From Macrostomum hystrix (Eukaryota > Animalia > Platyhelminthes), in contig CATNEN010000012.1 of the NCBI GenBank assembly GCA_950097015.1, positions 2,728,001 through 2,792,000 on the forward strand: a stretch of DNA of 64,000 bases. Reading direction: 5' to 3'. Under the pieces are notes generated by a model. It made no database searches, had not been told where the DNA came from, and was given only the letters and a program-made list of their open reading frames with translations. The translations under genes and the position numbers were made by a program. Below are positions 42,529-55,649 of the stretch, piece by piece. The stretch's first letter is position 1; each line of letters opens with the position of its first letter.

Positions 42529-42759
42529 CCGGCTGTTCGGTGTTCCATTTGCTTTTAGAATATCTTGTATATTTGTCTAACATCAATCATTTTAACTTTA
42601 AATTCTTGTAACATAGATCATCTCAGATCATCGGATTGTAAAATCGATCCTCAAAAGATCCTCAGGATGTGAAAAATCCTCAATTATCTTTAGATTGGAA
42701 AATCGATTAACACAGCTCCTTAGATTGCAATATCTATGACCACAGATCCCCATAATGTT

Positions 42760-43500
42760 AAATCCCAGATCCCAGAATGTAATATCTCAGATACTCAAAA
42801 TGTTAAATCCAATATCTCAGATCCTCAGAATGTTAAATTCATTATCTCAAATCCTCAGAAAGTTAAATCCATTATCTCAAATCCTCAGAAAGTTAAATCC
42901 ATTATCTCAAATCCTCAAAATGATAGATCCATTATCTCAGATCCTCAGAATGTTAAATCCATTATCTCAGATCCTCAGAATGTTAAATCCATTATCTCAG
43001 ATCCTCAAAATGATAGATCCATTATCTCAGATCCTCAAAATGATAAATCCATTATCTCAGATCCTCAAAATGATAAATCCATTATCTCAGATCCTCAAAA
43101 TGATAGATCAATTATCTCAAATCCTCAAAATGATAAATACAATATCTCAGATCCTCAAAATGATAAATACATTATCTCAGATCCTCAAAATAATAAATAC
43201 ATTATCTCAAATCCTCAGAATGTTAAATCCATTATCTCAGATCCTCAGAATGTTAAATCCATTGTCCCAAATCCTCAGAAAGTTAAATCCATTATCTCAG
43301 ATCCTCAGAATGTTAAATCCATTATCTCAGATCCTCAGAATGTTAAATCCATTATCTCAGATCCTCAAAATGATAAATCCATTATCTCAGATCCTCAAAA
43401 TGATAGATCCATTATCTCAAATCCTCAAAATGATAAATACAATATCTCAGATCTTCAAAATGATAAATACATTATCTCAAATCCTCAAAATGCTAAATCT
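42760..43500. repeat. 30-bp minisatellite (TCCATTATCTCAGATCCTCAGAATGTTAAA), ~25 copies
   Basis: Direct periodicity; source of the ISDPQNVKSI pseudo-ORF. Confidence 0.95.
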
Positions 43501-44019
43501 ATTCTCAATGATAATCTAAGTGCTGTAATATTAAAGTTGTCAGACATTAAGAGCTTCTTATTTATTTATTTTTCCTGAAATGTTGTCAGTTGAATTTCAT
43601 ATTTTTCTTTATCTAAATCAAAAGCTAGCAGTGGCTACTTTGTTAGTTATTTTTGTGTGTTTTGTTTTACACTTTTATTTTGCTTGTGCTTTTTGGCCAG
43701 TGCCTTTGTTGTTGCATCAGGCGTTCAGGGTACACTCTGGGATTTTGATTTTTTTAATTTAGAAATTTATTGTTGATATAACTGTGTTAATTGCCTTTTC
43801 AGTACAACAGATTCCCATCCTAGATTCCAATGTTTAATTCCCATTTCCACATGTTAATATCCCCATCCCATGTATTCAAATCCTCATCCCGTATGTTCAG
43901 ATCCCTGTTTCATAGAACTCGATCCCTATCATATGTGCTTAGATCCCACCCAGTTAAAAAAAATTCAGATCCCATCCTACTTGAATCCCCATTCCATATG
44001 TTCAGATCCCATCTTACTT

Positions 44020-45405
44020 GGATCCCCATCCCATGGGCTTAGATCCCCATCCCATAGGCTTAGATCCCCATCCCATAGGCTTAGATCCCCATCCCATAGG
44101 CTTAGATCCCCATCTAATAGGCTTAGATCCCCATCCCATAGATAGGCTTAGATCCCCATCCCATAGGCTTAGATCCCCATCCCATAGGTTAGATACCCAT
44201 CCCATAGGCTTAGATCCCCATCCCATAGGCTTAGATCCCCATCCCATAGTCCTAGATCCCCATCCCATAGGCTTAGATCCCCATCCCATAGGCTTAGATC
44301 CCCATCCCATAGGCTTAGATCCCCATCCCATAGATAGGCTTAGATCCCCATCCCATAGGCTTAGATACCCATCCCATAGGCTTAGATCCCCATCCCATAG
44401 GTTTAGATCCCCATCCCATAGGCTTAGATACCCATCCCATAGGCTTAGATCCCCATCCCATAGATAGGCTTAGATCCCCATCCCATAAGCTTAGATCCCC
44501 ATCCCATAGGTTAGATACCCATCCCATAGGCTTAGATCCCCATCCCATAGGTTTAGATCCCCATCCCATAGTCCTAGATCCCCATCCCATAGGCTTAGAT
44601 ACCCATCCCATAGGTTAGATACCCATCCCATAGGCTTAGATCCCCATCCCATAGGTTTAGATCCCCATCCCATAGTCCTAGATCCCCATCCCATAGGCTT
44701 AGATACCCATCTCATAGGCTTAGATCCCCATCCCATAGTCTTAGATCCCCATCCCATCGGCTTAGATCCCCATCCCATAGGCTTAGATCCCCATCCCATA
44801 GTCTTAGATCCCCATCCCATAGTCTTAGATCTCCATCCAATAGGCTTAGATCCCCATCCCATCGGCTTAGATCCCCATCCCATAGGCTTAGATCCCCATC
44901 CCATCCCATCCCATCGTCTTAGATCCCCATCCCATCGGCTTTGATCCCCATCCAATAGGCTTAGATCCCCATCCCATAGTCTTAGATCCCCATCCCATAG
45001 TCTTAGATCCCCATCCCATAGTCTTAGATCTCCATCCAATAGGCTTAGATCCCCATCCCATCGGCTTAGATCCCCATCCCATAGTCTTAGATCCCCATCC
45101 CATAGTCTTAGATCTCCATCCAATAGTCTTAGATCCCCATCCCATAGTCTTAGATCTCCATCCAATAGGCTTAGATCCCCATCCCATCGGCTTAGATCCC
45201 CATCCAATAGGCTTAGATCCCCTTCCCATCGGCTTAGATCCCCATCCCATAGGCTTAGATCCCCATCCTATCGGCTTAGATCCCCATCCCATAGGCTTAG
45301 ATCCCCTTCCCATCGGCTTAGATCCCCTTCCCATCGGCTTAGATCCCCATCCCATCGGCTTAGATCCCCATCCTATCGGCTTAGATCCCCATCCTATCGG
45401 CTTAG
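44020..45405. repeat. 21-bp minisatellite (CCCCATCCCATAGGCTTAGAT), ~65 copies
   Basis: Direct periodicity. Confidence 0.95.
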
Positions 45406-45904
45406 ATGTTGGCCATGTATTTTTAGATGCCATTGCTCTCGTGGCTTACCTGTATTTTAATTTGGTTAAATGTATTGAGTAGTTTTGCAATTATAAAAGG
45501 CATTGAATAAATTTTACTTATTTGAAACGTCAAGGCCAGATTAGTATGTTCTGCCTAAAAAGGATCTGCATAGATGCTTCCTAAGAGTTCTGCATGGCTC
45601 AACCTAAACTGACAAATTTTTTTCATTCACATTTTCCCAGCTTATAACCTTTACATTGGCATTATATTTCAACGCATTTTCCTCGCCTTCTGTGCTATAT
45701 TCCCTTTTGCAATCGATATACACTTGCAGTCATCCTTAACCACCTTCTGTTGCTACACTTTTTGACAGCTAGAATTAGCTTTCCTGCTTTTATTAACCAA
45801 TAAACTGCTTGCCTGTATTGTCAACCTCTTCTAAAAATTGTCTTCCTGTCAAGGGCGAAGCATTTGATAAAATTAGACACAACTGTGTTTTCTGATCCCA
45901 AACA

Positions 45905-46350
45905 TGAAGATTCTCAGATCCCCATCCACCCCAAGTGATCTCAGATCCCCATCCACCCCAAGTGATCTCAGATCCCCATCCACCCCAAGTGATCTCAGAT
46001 CCCCATCCATCCCAAGTGATCTCAGATCCCCATCCATCCCAAGTGTTCTCAGGTCCCATCCACCCCAAGTGTTCTCAGATCCCCATCCACCCCAGGTGAT
46101 CTCAGATCCCCATCCATCCCAGGTGATCTCAGATCCCCATCCATCCCAGGTGATCTCAGATCCCCATCCATCCCAAGTGTTCTCAGGTCCCATCCACCCC
46201 AAGTGTTCTCAGGTCCCATCCACCCCAAGTGTTCTCAGATCCCCATCCACCCCAAGTGATCTCAGATCCCCATCAACCCCAAGTGTTCTCAGGTCCCATC
46301 CACCCCAACTGTTCTCAGATCCCCATCCACCCCAGGTGTTCTCAGATCCC
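45905..46350. repeat. 27-bp minisatellite (GATCTCAGATCCCCATCCACCCCAAGT), ~16 copies
   Basis: Direct periodicity. Confidence 0.95.
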
Positions 46351-46764
46351 CATTCCTTAATAAAGCGAGCCTTGGATGAATTCCTCTACAGAACGCTTGG
46401 TGTAAATCTAACCTTCACACAGCCATTTTATTTTCATTTGTTGGCTTCTACTTAGGTGGCTTATGCGTTTATTATCGGAGCATCAACTACGCAGTTGCTA
46501 GCTATAATTTACTCCAGTAAAAATCTTTCCTGTTTTCGTCGTTAAAATAAAAATGGTCAGCCATAAATTGTTGACACAATTTGCTAATTTTGATCTTGAT
46601 TTAAAATTTTGCCTTTCATTGGCGTGTCAAAACACAGTTGTTATTCGATTTCTGACTGCTACTTCATCAACGCGTAATTAATTAAGCAAAGATTGCATAA
46701 AAAATTAAAACACGATGAGAGAGACATGAAAAAGGAAGTGGGTTTCTTTTCATTATTGTTCTTC

Positions 46765-48165
46765 ATCCAATGTGGCTAGATTAGCAATCCATTCTATTCA
46801 TTCATCCAATGTGGCTAGATTAGCAATCCATTCTATTCATTCATCCAATGTGGCTAGATTAGCAATCCATTCTATTCATTCATCCAATGTGGTTAGATTA
46901 GCAATCCATTCTATTCATTGATCCAATGTAGCTGGATTAGCAATCCATTCTATTCATTCATCCAATGTGGCTAGATTAGCAATCCATTCTATTCATTCAT
47001 CCAATGTGGCTGGATTAGCAATCCATTCTATTCATTCATCAAATGTGGTCAGATTAGCAATCCATTCTATTCATTCATCCAATGTGGTTAGATTAGCAAT
47101 CCATTCTATTCATTCATCCAATGTGGTTAGATTAGCAATCCATTCTATTCATTCATCAAATGTGGCTAGATTAGCAATCCATTCTATTCATTCATCCAAT
47201 GTGGTTAGATTAGCAATCCATTCTATTCATTCATCCAATGTGGTTAGATTAGCAATCCATTCTATTCATTCATCAAATGTGGCTAGATTAGCAATCCATT
47301 CTATTCATTCATCCAATGTGGTTAGATTAGCAATCCATTCTATTCATTCATCCAATGTGGTTAGATTAGCAATCCATTCTATTCATTCATCCAATGTGGC
47401 TAGATTAGCAATCCATTCTATTCATTCATCAAATGTGGCTAGATTAGCAATCCATTCTATTCATTGATCCAATGTGGTTAGATTAGCAGTCCATTCTATT
47501 CATTCATCCAATGTGGTTAGATTAGCAATCCATTCTATTCATTCATCCAATGTGGTTAGATTAGCAATCCATTCTATTCATTCATCCAATGTGGTTAGAT
47601 TAGCAATCCATTCTATTCATTCATCCAATGTGGCTAGATTAGCAATCCATTCTATTCATTCATCCAATGTGGTTAGATTAGCAATCCATTCTATTCATTC
47701 ATCCAATGTGGTTAGATTAGCAATCCATTCTATTCATTCATCAAATGTGGCTAGATTAGCAATCCATTCTATTCATTCATCCAATGTGGTTAGATTAGCA
47801 ATCCATTCTATTCATTCATCCAATGTGGTTAGATTAGCAATCCATTCTATTCATTCATCCAATGTGGCTAGATTAGCAATCCATTCTATTCATTCATCAA
47901 ATGTGGCTAGATTAGCAATCCATTCTATTCATTCATCCAATGTGGTTAGATTAGCAGTCCATTCTATTCATTCATCCAATGTGGCTAGATTAGCAATCCA
48001 TTCTATTCATTCATCCAATGTGGTTAGATTAACAATCCATTCTATTCATTCATCCAATGTGGTTAGATTAGCAATCCATTCTATTCATTCATCCAATGTG
48101 GTTAGATTAGCAATCCATTCTATTCATTCATCCAATGTGGCTAGATTAGCAATCCATTCTATTCA
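46765..48165. repeat. 39-bp minisatellite (TTCATTCATCCAATGTGGTTAGATTAGCAATCCATTCTA), ~36 copies
   Basis: Highly homogeneous array with no spacers. Confidence 0.97.
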
Positions 48166-48631
48166 AGGTAAAGAACGGAACAAATGATAGCATGTGAAGC
48201 TGGTCTATTGTGGTTTAGCGGATTACATGTCCCTGATACGCATGTCTATGTATTAAAGAATCTCTGTTAAGGTACACACATTCTGTCGCTGCGAAAGAGA
48301 AGTGAAACTCATTGGAAAGTAAAAAGACAGCGCTAGACGATAATCAGCGAGCAAATAAAAGAGAAGTAATAAACGAAGGCACAATAAAAAGGTTTACTAC
48401 TACAAAATCAGTTCATTGTTAATGAAATGGCGTCAGATGCTATTGCGCTGCGTCTTGGAAACACAATGCTGCTGCTGCTGTGAAAGAGGGCGGATCAGCA
48501 AGCCGTCGATGCTGCTCAGCACTGAGGATCTGGACGATTTGACACTGCGACCTCGGCCAATTGTGGCGCGATTTCGTTGCCACGCAGTTGCTAACAGTCG
48601 GCTCCGGACATCCTCGCTGACTTCATCAATT

Positions 48632-51319
48632 TCACCAACAATTATTGACGTGATTGTAATTACAGTCGCTAGGTGGTTGCTTTAGTCTTCGTAGAATTAA
48701 TTGATCACTATCTGCTGGCACTACTGAGCTGTACAGAACAGTTAAAGCATCCGACATGGTCGCACCGCTGACTGTCACAGATTCGGAACCCGCGACCACT
48801 TCAAGGCGGAACTCATTCGGCCTGCAATCTATAGCCAATACCTCGGGAAGTGCAAACCAACCCACCATTGAGAGGCCGAATGCTTGGAACGGAGCGGCCA
48901 GGATGCGACCGACGATATCGCCAACGTCGAATAGCTCCGCGGGTGTCGCCGAGATGGTCGCGCGAACTGCTGATTCGTTTTCGAGAGGCACCAACGTCGG
49001 CTGCAGTTGGCCGGTTGACGGCGCCAACTGGAGCCACTGTCGCACAGGTCGCGCCGGCCAGAGAGCGTCTCCGCCTGGCGCCGGCCGGTCTGTCACAGAA
49101 GCCAAGGCGCGCTCCGGTGCCGGATGCTCGCGGCCAGAGTCGGCCGGTTGGAGCCCGAAGACGCCGCAATCGTCCATCGCGCAAAGCTGCTTCGACAGCG
49201 CCCGTGAATTAGTAGTCCAAGCGGCTGATACGCCAACTGTCGGAGAGCCAGTCGGCGATGGAACGGACACTGTCAGTCGAGTTGTCTGTGCCGGCGCGAA
49301 TTCCTGCGTCGCTGTTGCTGTCACGTGACTGGCACTAGCTCTGGGCGGCTGCGGCGAAGGCGGCGGCAGAAAGCACAGCGGGCAGCAGTGGCTGCGTGAC
49401 GGCCGGATCCCGGCGTGAACCGACCAAACGGCGGCGACGTTGTCCACTAAGCGTCGATCAGTTTCCACCTTGGCCCTCATCATCGGCGTCTGAGCGCGAT
49501 GGACAATCAGCGCCAGCTGCGGCACAACGTCCAGAAAGCGCAGGACGGTGCGGCAGCGAGCCAGGCGCATCACAGGCCGCGGCCGATGCAAGGACTCTGA
49601 AGATAAAATTGGCGCCATCGTCGGCCACGCGGCTACCTGAAACTCTGCAGTGGCCTCTTTATCACAATCAAAGCTGGCCGCAGAAGACACGAATGTGGAA
49701 GGCAGCGACAGAGCACGGGCAATGTCCTCGGCGATTACACTGCAAGCGTGCAGAAGCGCGCCGACTGTGGCGACGCTGGCGACAGTTGCACTGACATCGG
49801 TGTGGCCAGCTGATATTCCGCTGGCACATGACTTTGACTGAACATACTCTGTCAGAATCATTTCTTCCCTGGCGAGGGTGTCTTCGGAGTGTGTACAGCA
49901 GCAATTCCTGATTGAAGCTGCCAGAATCTCTGTCCGCTGCCAAGTGCCACATGGGTGATGCGAGTCAGCAGCCGGCACTCCACAGCTGGCGCTGATTCGC
50001 TGGAAGCGATGACAATCAACGTTGACGTTCGCCACCGTCTCGACGGCTTCAATGTCCAATGTCGAATAAGGTAGCGTTGACTCGGTCAGTACTCCCGCCT
50101 CAACCTCGACTGCTGCGGACAGCTTCATCGGCAGTGAGGTCTCGTTGATTCGTTCCAGCCGGTGCTTAAAGCGACGCTGAAATCGTGCCGAGCTCGAATT
50201 GTTTCTCGGCTGGGCTGCCGGCGTTGGCGAAGCCGATACCGCGGTCTCAGTCTCTGACGGCAGGCTCTCAAGGTCATCGGACGAGCTGCCTGCTGTCACG
50301 TCGAGAACGCAGGCTGGAATCACTGGCAAACCGACGTTGGCACCGCCGCTGCCGTGTCCACGCTGCGCTGTTTTATCAACCAGGCGAGTCAGCTGACTGC
50401 GCACTGCGCGCACGAATGCTCCCCGTGCGATGCCCAATAGTCGCCAGCCGTCGTTGTTCCCGCTGCTGACACAGCAGGCGCCGCCGTCCTCAGCCTCATT
50501 TCGCACCGCAGCCAGGAGGCCCGTCATGGCGTGATTAGCCCGTCGCGAGTCCGGATCCGCAACCGTGTCCACTACACAGTTGAAGAAGTTGTCGGCGACT
50601 CGCCCAGCGTCCAACCGTAGGCCTCCGCCGGGCGTGGCTAGCCGGCCCAGGGTCTGGTTGAATCTGGCCAGAGCTTTCACAATGCGATACTCGAACTGGG
50701 ACTTGGAGCGGCTGGATTTGTACAGCACCAGCACCAGGCGCTGTGAGACCAGCTCGACAAGCGTCTCCAGGCTGATCTCCTCCACGGCAGTCACGCACCA
50801 GCCGTTGAACAGGTGGTCCATGCCTTCGGCTATCGGGAGTTTGCGCAGCTCAGCCTCGGCCATCCGGCAGCCCTCGTAGTCGAGGTCCAGGTCGCAGTGA
50901 GTGGTGTCGTTATTGTCCGCGCGTCGGCAGCAGCTCCATTGGTTGTTGTTGGTCGATAGCCTGGCGGCAAATGGCCTGTCGACTGGGCCACCTCCGCCTG
51001 CGTCGGCGAATGCCGCCAGGCTGCCGGTGGTCACCAGCCCGCACAGCACCGTCTCGACGAGGCCGTCGGCGACTGCGGCTGCGCTAACGCGGCGTAGCTC
51101 GGCGCCAACTTCAATGACAACGGCGTCGAAGAACATCTCCTCTAGGACGAATTCGTAGTTATCGCAGGCGACGTCCTGCAGACAGTCTAGAGCCACCTCC
51201 AGACAGCTGAACTCCTCCAGGCTGGCTAGGCTGTCCTGCGATGCTGACCAGCAGTCTGCGGCGGTAGCACCTCGACCATCCAGCTTCTTGAAGAACCTGC
51301 TGGCTGACGAGTTTGACAT
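48632..51319 (-). CDS. Uncharacterised ~895-aa protein, apparently one long exon
   Basis: GC-rich, non-repetitive long ORF. First ATG at 51319, preceded by a pyrimidine-rich acceptor near 51376. No domain recognised; the 3' end is uncertain. Confidence 0.7.
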   Translation of the reverse strand: MSNSSASRFFKKLDGRGATAADCWSASQDSLASLEEFSCLEVALDCLQDVACDNYEFVLEEMFFDAVVIEVGAELRRVSAAAVADGLVETVLCGLVTTGSLAAFADAGGGGPVDRPFAARLSTNNNQWSCCRRADNNDTTHCDLDLDYEGCRMAEAELRKLPIAEGMDHLFNGWCVTAVEEISLETLVELVSQRLVLVLYKSSRSKSQFEYRIVKALARFNQTLGRLATPGGGLRLDAGRVADNFFNCVVDTVADPDSRRANHAMTGLLAAVRNEAEDGGACCVSSGNNDGWRLLGIARGAFVRAVRSQLTRLVDKTAQRGHGSGGANVGLPVIPACVLDVTAGSSSDDLESLPSETETAVSASPTPAAQPRNNSSSARFQRRFKHRLERINETSLPMKLSAAVEVEAGVLTESTLPYSTLDIEAVETVANVNVDCHRFQRISASCGVPAADSHHPCGTWQRTEILAASIRNCCCTHSEDTLAREEMILTEYVQSKSCASGISAGHTDVSATVASVATVGALLHACSVIAEDIARALSLPSTFVSSAASFDCDKEATAEFQVAAWPTMAPILSSESLHRPRPVMRLARCRTVLRFLDVVPQLALIVHRAQTPMMRAKVETDRRLVDNVAAVWSVHAGIRPSRSHCCPLCFLPPPSPQPPRASASHVTATATQEFAPAQTTRLTVSVPSPTGSPTVGVSAAWTTNSRALSKQLCAMDDCGVFGLQPADSGREHPAPERALASVTDRPAPGGDALWPARPVRQWLQLAPSTGQLQPTLVPLENESAVRATISATPAELFDVGDIVGRILAAPFQAFGLSMVGWFALPEVLAIDCRPNEFRLEVVAGSESVTVSGATMSDALTVLYSSVVPADSDQLILRRLKQPPSDCNYNHVNNCW

Positions 51320-52229
51320 TGATTGATTGTTGAGCCTATTGCGCACAGCAGCGTGTATCTGCCCAGCAGGTCCTGCTAGAAGAAGAACAACAACTGAAAT
51401 AGATTCATCTGAACTCGGTTCAAAATAGATAAAATAGTAATGCGCGCGTACGTACTCATGAAAATGGATGCATTTTTCAGCTTTAAGTAAGCTTTGTCTA
51501 TGGCCGCATGTTCCCGGCTGCTGTGAGAATTCGTAGAGCGCTAGCATCAGTCAATCTATCCATTATTTTCGCCGTTTGAATAAAACTTCGCAAGCATTTC
51601 GTATTCGCTGTACCCCTACTTGCAGTAGCCTGAGTAGCGTTTTAGTGCTGAGCATTTCACAAACACGCCTGGGGGTTTTGGCATTACGTAAGCTGTAATT
51701 GTTAAAGAGAGAATACATAAATAAATAGGCGGAACCGTGACTGGTGGGGAGGGGCTCAATTATGGGATAATCAATTCGCAGAGTCGCTAGTAATGACAAA
51801 GGCATTCGGCTCCAAGTCTCAAGTTTGAGACCTGCCCAACCGTTAACAATTGGCTTTCGCTGCATTGACTCCGAATAATACAAATAAGAGTCAAACTGAA
51901 TACTAAAGCGTTTAGTCCTAAACAGCATCTGAATTTGCTTGGGAAGCCATTGTTACCAGGGGTGGGATAAAGCTTTATTTCGAAAATCGCTATTAAATTG
52001 TATCCGTCATTCAAGTATAGATAGTCCGCTTCTACTATTATATAGATTTGCCAAGCCTTTAATTACACGCGTCCAATAGGAACTTACTAGGAATCATGGG
52101 GTCCAGTTTGTATTTGTATTTACATGACTTGTATTCAGCCATCTACGCAAATTACCGCTGGCGTTCCTGCTTTGTTTATCGGGTAACAGTTGTGCCTGTT
52201 CACTGCCATTCCTTCGATGAGATGGATGT

Positions 52230-54175
52230 GAGGTAGGTTGAGATGGATTTGAGGTAAGGTTGAGATGGATGTGAGGTAGGTTGAGATGGATTTGAGGTAG
52301 GTTGAGATGGATTTGAATTAAGGTTGTGATGGATGTGAGGTAGGTTGAGATGGATTGGAGTTAAGGTTGAGATGGATTTGAGGTAGGTTGAGATGGATTT
52401 GAGGTAAGGTTGAGATGGATGTGAGGTAGGTTGAGATGGATGTGAGGTAGGTTGAGATGGATGTGAGGTAAGGTTGAGATGGATGTGAGGTAAGGTTGAG
52501 ATGGATTTGAGGTAGGTTGAGATGGATTTGAGGTAGGTTGAGATGGATGTGAGGTAGATTGAGATGGATGTGAGGTAGGTTGAGATGGATTTGAGGTAGG
52601 TTGAGATGGATGTGAGGTAGGTTGAGATGGATTTGAGGTAGGTTGAGATGGATTTGAATTAAGGTTGTGATGGATGTGAGGTAGGTTGAGATGGATTTGA
52701 GGTAAGGTTGAGATGGATTTGAGGTAAGGTTGAGATGGATTTGAGGTAGGTTGAGATGGATGTGAGGTAGGTTGAGATGGATTTGAATTAAGGTTGTGAT
52801 GGATGTGAGGTAGGTTGAGATGGATTTGAGGTAGGTTGAGATGGATTTGAGGTAGGTTGAGATGGATGTGAGGTAGGTTGAGATGGATGTGAGGTAGGTT
52901 GAGATGGATTTGAGGTAGGTTGAGATGGATTTGAGGTAGATTTAGATGCATGTGACGTAGGTTGAGATGGATGTGAGGTAAGGTTGTGATGGATGTGAGG
53001 TAGGTTGAGATGGATTTGAGGTAAGGTTGTGATGGATGTGAGGTAGGTTGAGATGGATTTGAGATAGGTTGAGATGGATTTGAATTAAGGTTGTGATGGA
53101 TGTGGGGTAGGTTGAGATGGATTTGAGGTAAGGTTGAGATGGATTTGGGGTAAGGTTGAGATGGATGTGAGGTAGGTTGAGATGGATGTGAGGTAAGGTT
53201 GAGATGGATTTGAGGTAAGGTTGTGATGGATGTGACGTAGGTTGAGATGGATTTGAGGTAGGTTGAGATGGATTTGAATTAAGGTTGTGATGGATGTGAG
53301 GTAGGTTGAGATGGATTTGAGGTAAGGTTAAGATGAATGTGAGGTAGGTTGAGATGGATGTGAGGTAAATTTAGATGCATGTGAGGTAGGTTGAGATGGA
53401 TGTGAGGTAGGTTTAGAAGGATAGATGTAGATTGAGATAGATGTGACGTAGGTTGAGATGCATTTGATAGTGGGTGTAGTGTAGAGTGAGGGTAAGAGAG
53501 GTAGAGTGAGGGTAGGAGATGTAGAGTGAGGGTAGGAGATGTAGAGTGAGTGTAGGAGAGGTAGAGTGAGGGTAGGAGATGTAGAGTGAGGGTAAGAGAT
53601 GTGTAGTGAGGGTAAGAGAGGTAGAGTGAGGGTAAGAGAGGTAGAGTGAGGGTAGGAGATGTAGAGTGAGGGTAAGAGATGTGTAGTGAGGGTAAGAGAG
53701 GTAGAGTGAGGGTATGAGAGGTAGAGTGAGAGTAGGAGAGGTAGAGTGAGTGTAGGAGAGGTAGAGTGAGGGTAGGAGATGTAGGGTGAGGGTAGGAGAT
53801 GTAGAGTGAGTGTAAGAGATGTAGAGTGAGGGTAAGAGAGGTAGAGTGAGGGTAAGAGATGTAGAGTGAGGGTAAGAGAGGTAGAGTGAGGGTATGAGAG
53901 GTAGAGTGAGAGTAGGAGAGGTAGAGTGAGTGTAGGAGAGGTAGAGTGAGAGTATGAGAGGTAGAGTGAGTGTAGGAGAGGTAGAGTGAGGGTAAGAGAG
54001 GTAGAGTGAGGGTAAGAGAGGTAGAGTGAGGGTATGAGAGGTAGAGTGAGAGTAGGAGAGGTAGAGTGAGTGTAGGAGAGGTAGAGTGAGAGTATGAGAG
54101 ATAGAGTGAGTGTAGGAGAGGTAGAGTGAGGGTAAGAGAGGTAGAGTGAGGGTAAGAGAGGTAGAGTGAGGGTAC
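52230..54175. repeat. Adjacent purine-rich minisatellites: ~21-bp GAGGTAGGTTGAGATGGATTT (to ~53450) and 20-bp GTAGAGTGAGGGTAAGAGAG (from ~53480)
   Basis: Direct periodicity. Confidence 0.95.
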
Positions 54176-54246
54176 GAGTATATGAAAGGATTTTAGAGCG
54201 AGAAAAGAAGATAGTTGTGGAAGTGAATGATGGATGCGAGAAAGTA

Positions 54247-55055
54247 CGAGGGCTATCCCAAAAATAAGTTTCGCTTCATTATAAATTTTCTTAAGTACAT
54301 TTTTGGCAAACGCGGTTAGTCATTCCTGAATCTATCTACGTCTATGGCAAAAGGCACCAAAAGTTTTAAAGCGAATGCAGTCTCACAAGCTGCAGGGCAT
54401 CAAGTTAAACACAGCTTCGTTTGTAAAGATGGCCACTTCGGCTTCGTTCACACGATATGACGTCAGAAACATGATCAAGTTTTCAGTTTTGGCTGGCAAA
54501 TCAACATCAGAGATTCATGAAGAGCTCCATCAATACAAACGGTTCGGAAATGGGTCCGTGAAGTTCAAGGAGGCAGGCTGTCGATGGAAGACAAAGAGCG
54601 GTCTGGCAGGCCAAGAACAGCCACCACTGATGCAAATGCAGAGCGTGTCAAAGCTGCAGACACTGTTGACAGCAGATTGACTTGCAATGAGATCGAGTAC
54701 CTCCTGGACATTCCTCACAGCACAGTGCATCGCATTCTTACTGAGCAGCTGAACATGCAGAAGATCTTTGCAAAGTGGGTGCCTCATCTCCTGACTGAGG
54801 ACCAAATGAAGGAGAGTGTGACCCTGGCGCAAGAGCACCTTCGACGGTTTAATCGAGAGGGAAGCAACTTTCTCAGCAGAATTGTGACAGAGGACGAGAC
54901 ATGGGTCTACAAGTGGGATCCTGAGCTCAAGCGCCAGTCAGCACAGTGGCTTCCAAGGGGATCAGCGAGTCCTGAGAAGGTTCAACGGAAGCAGAGCTCC
55001 TTGAAGGTGATGCACATAGTCTTCTTTGACATCCATCGTATATAGATAGCCCTCG
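54247..55055 (+). mobile_element. Internally deleted mariner (Tc1/mariner) element with a transposase pseudogene
   Basis: TA|CGAGGGCTATC ... GATAGCCCTCG|TA termini. Transposase fragments from ATG 54429 and 54584-55045 include WVPHLLT and IVTEDETWVY. The C-terminal half of the catalytic domain is missing. Confidence 0.92.
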
Positions 55056-55649
55056 TATATAGGTGGAAAATGGTATTTTTGATCAATTTAAACACTAAAA
55101 TTGCTACCAAAATAGTCCTTGTGTGCTAAATTTTCTCGCTGACTTCAAAGAGAAAAGGCAGAGCATTGTTTGGCATTGATTACATGCAGAAGAGCACGGT
55201 ATAACAGCCGGCAATAATGTTGCGAGTCCGCATGCTAGGGAACATTGCTAGCCTGAGCGCTTGGTTGGAAAACTTTGTGAATGGGAAGCTCGCATTAAAG
55301 AGAATGTGTCTCTGAGCGGGAATATTTTCAAGCCTGACTGGAGTTAAGTCGGTGGCAAGCGTCGCAGAGTTTCTCGGAAGTGAATCCGAGGCCAACTTAA
55401 GCGCGCCCTGGCAACTCTGAATGGTCAAGAGCGCCTGTGAGTCTTGTCAGCCAGCGAGCTTTTCCTTCCTTCCTTATTTTCTCCCTCAAATTGCATGGCA
55501 GCTCAACTCTAAGAGGGACACTTTTCAGATTAAAGATAGCTGTAACTTCTTTTCGTCCGCACCGAAATTAGCCGCTTGACAAACTTTCCGGATATGTTGT
55601 TTACCAGGGACTCCTTCATTTGGAAATCCTCCGTGCACTGCCATTCTGC

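Noticed and set aside
42736-46455. ISDPQN, GLDPHP, WGSKPM and related ORFs
   Set aside because: Satellite-derived, open in several frames and on both strands.
46765-48165. 39-bp repeat array as a CRISPR or as the (AIHSIHSSNVVRL)n protein
   Set aside because: No spacers. The ORFs exist only because the period is a multiple of 3 and lacks stops in that frame; there are no splice or start signals.
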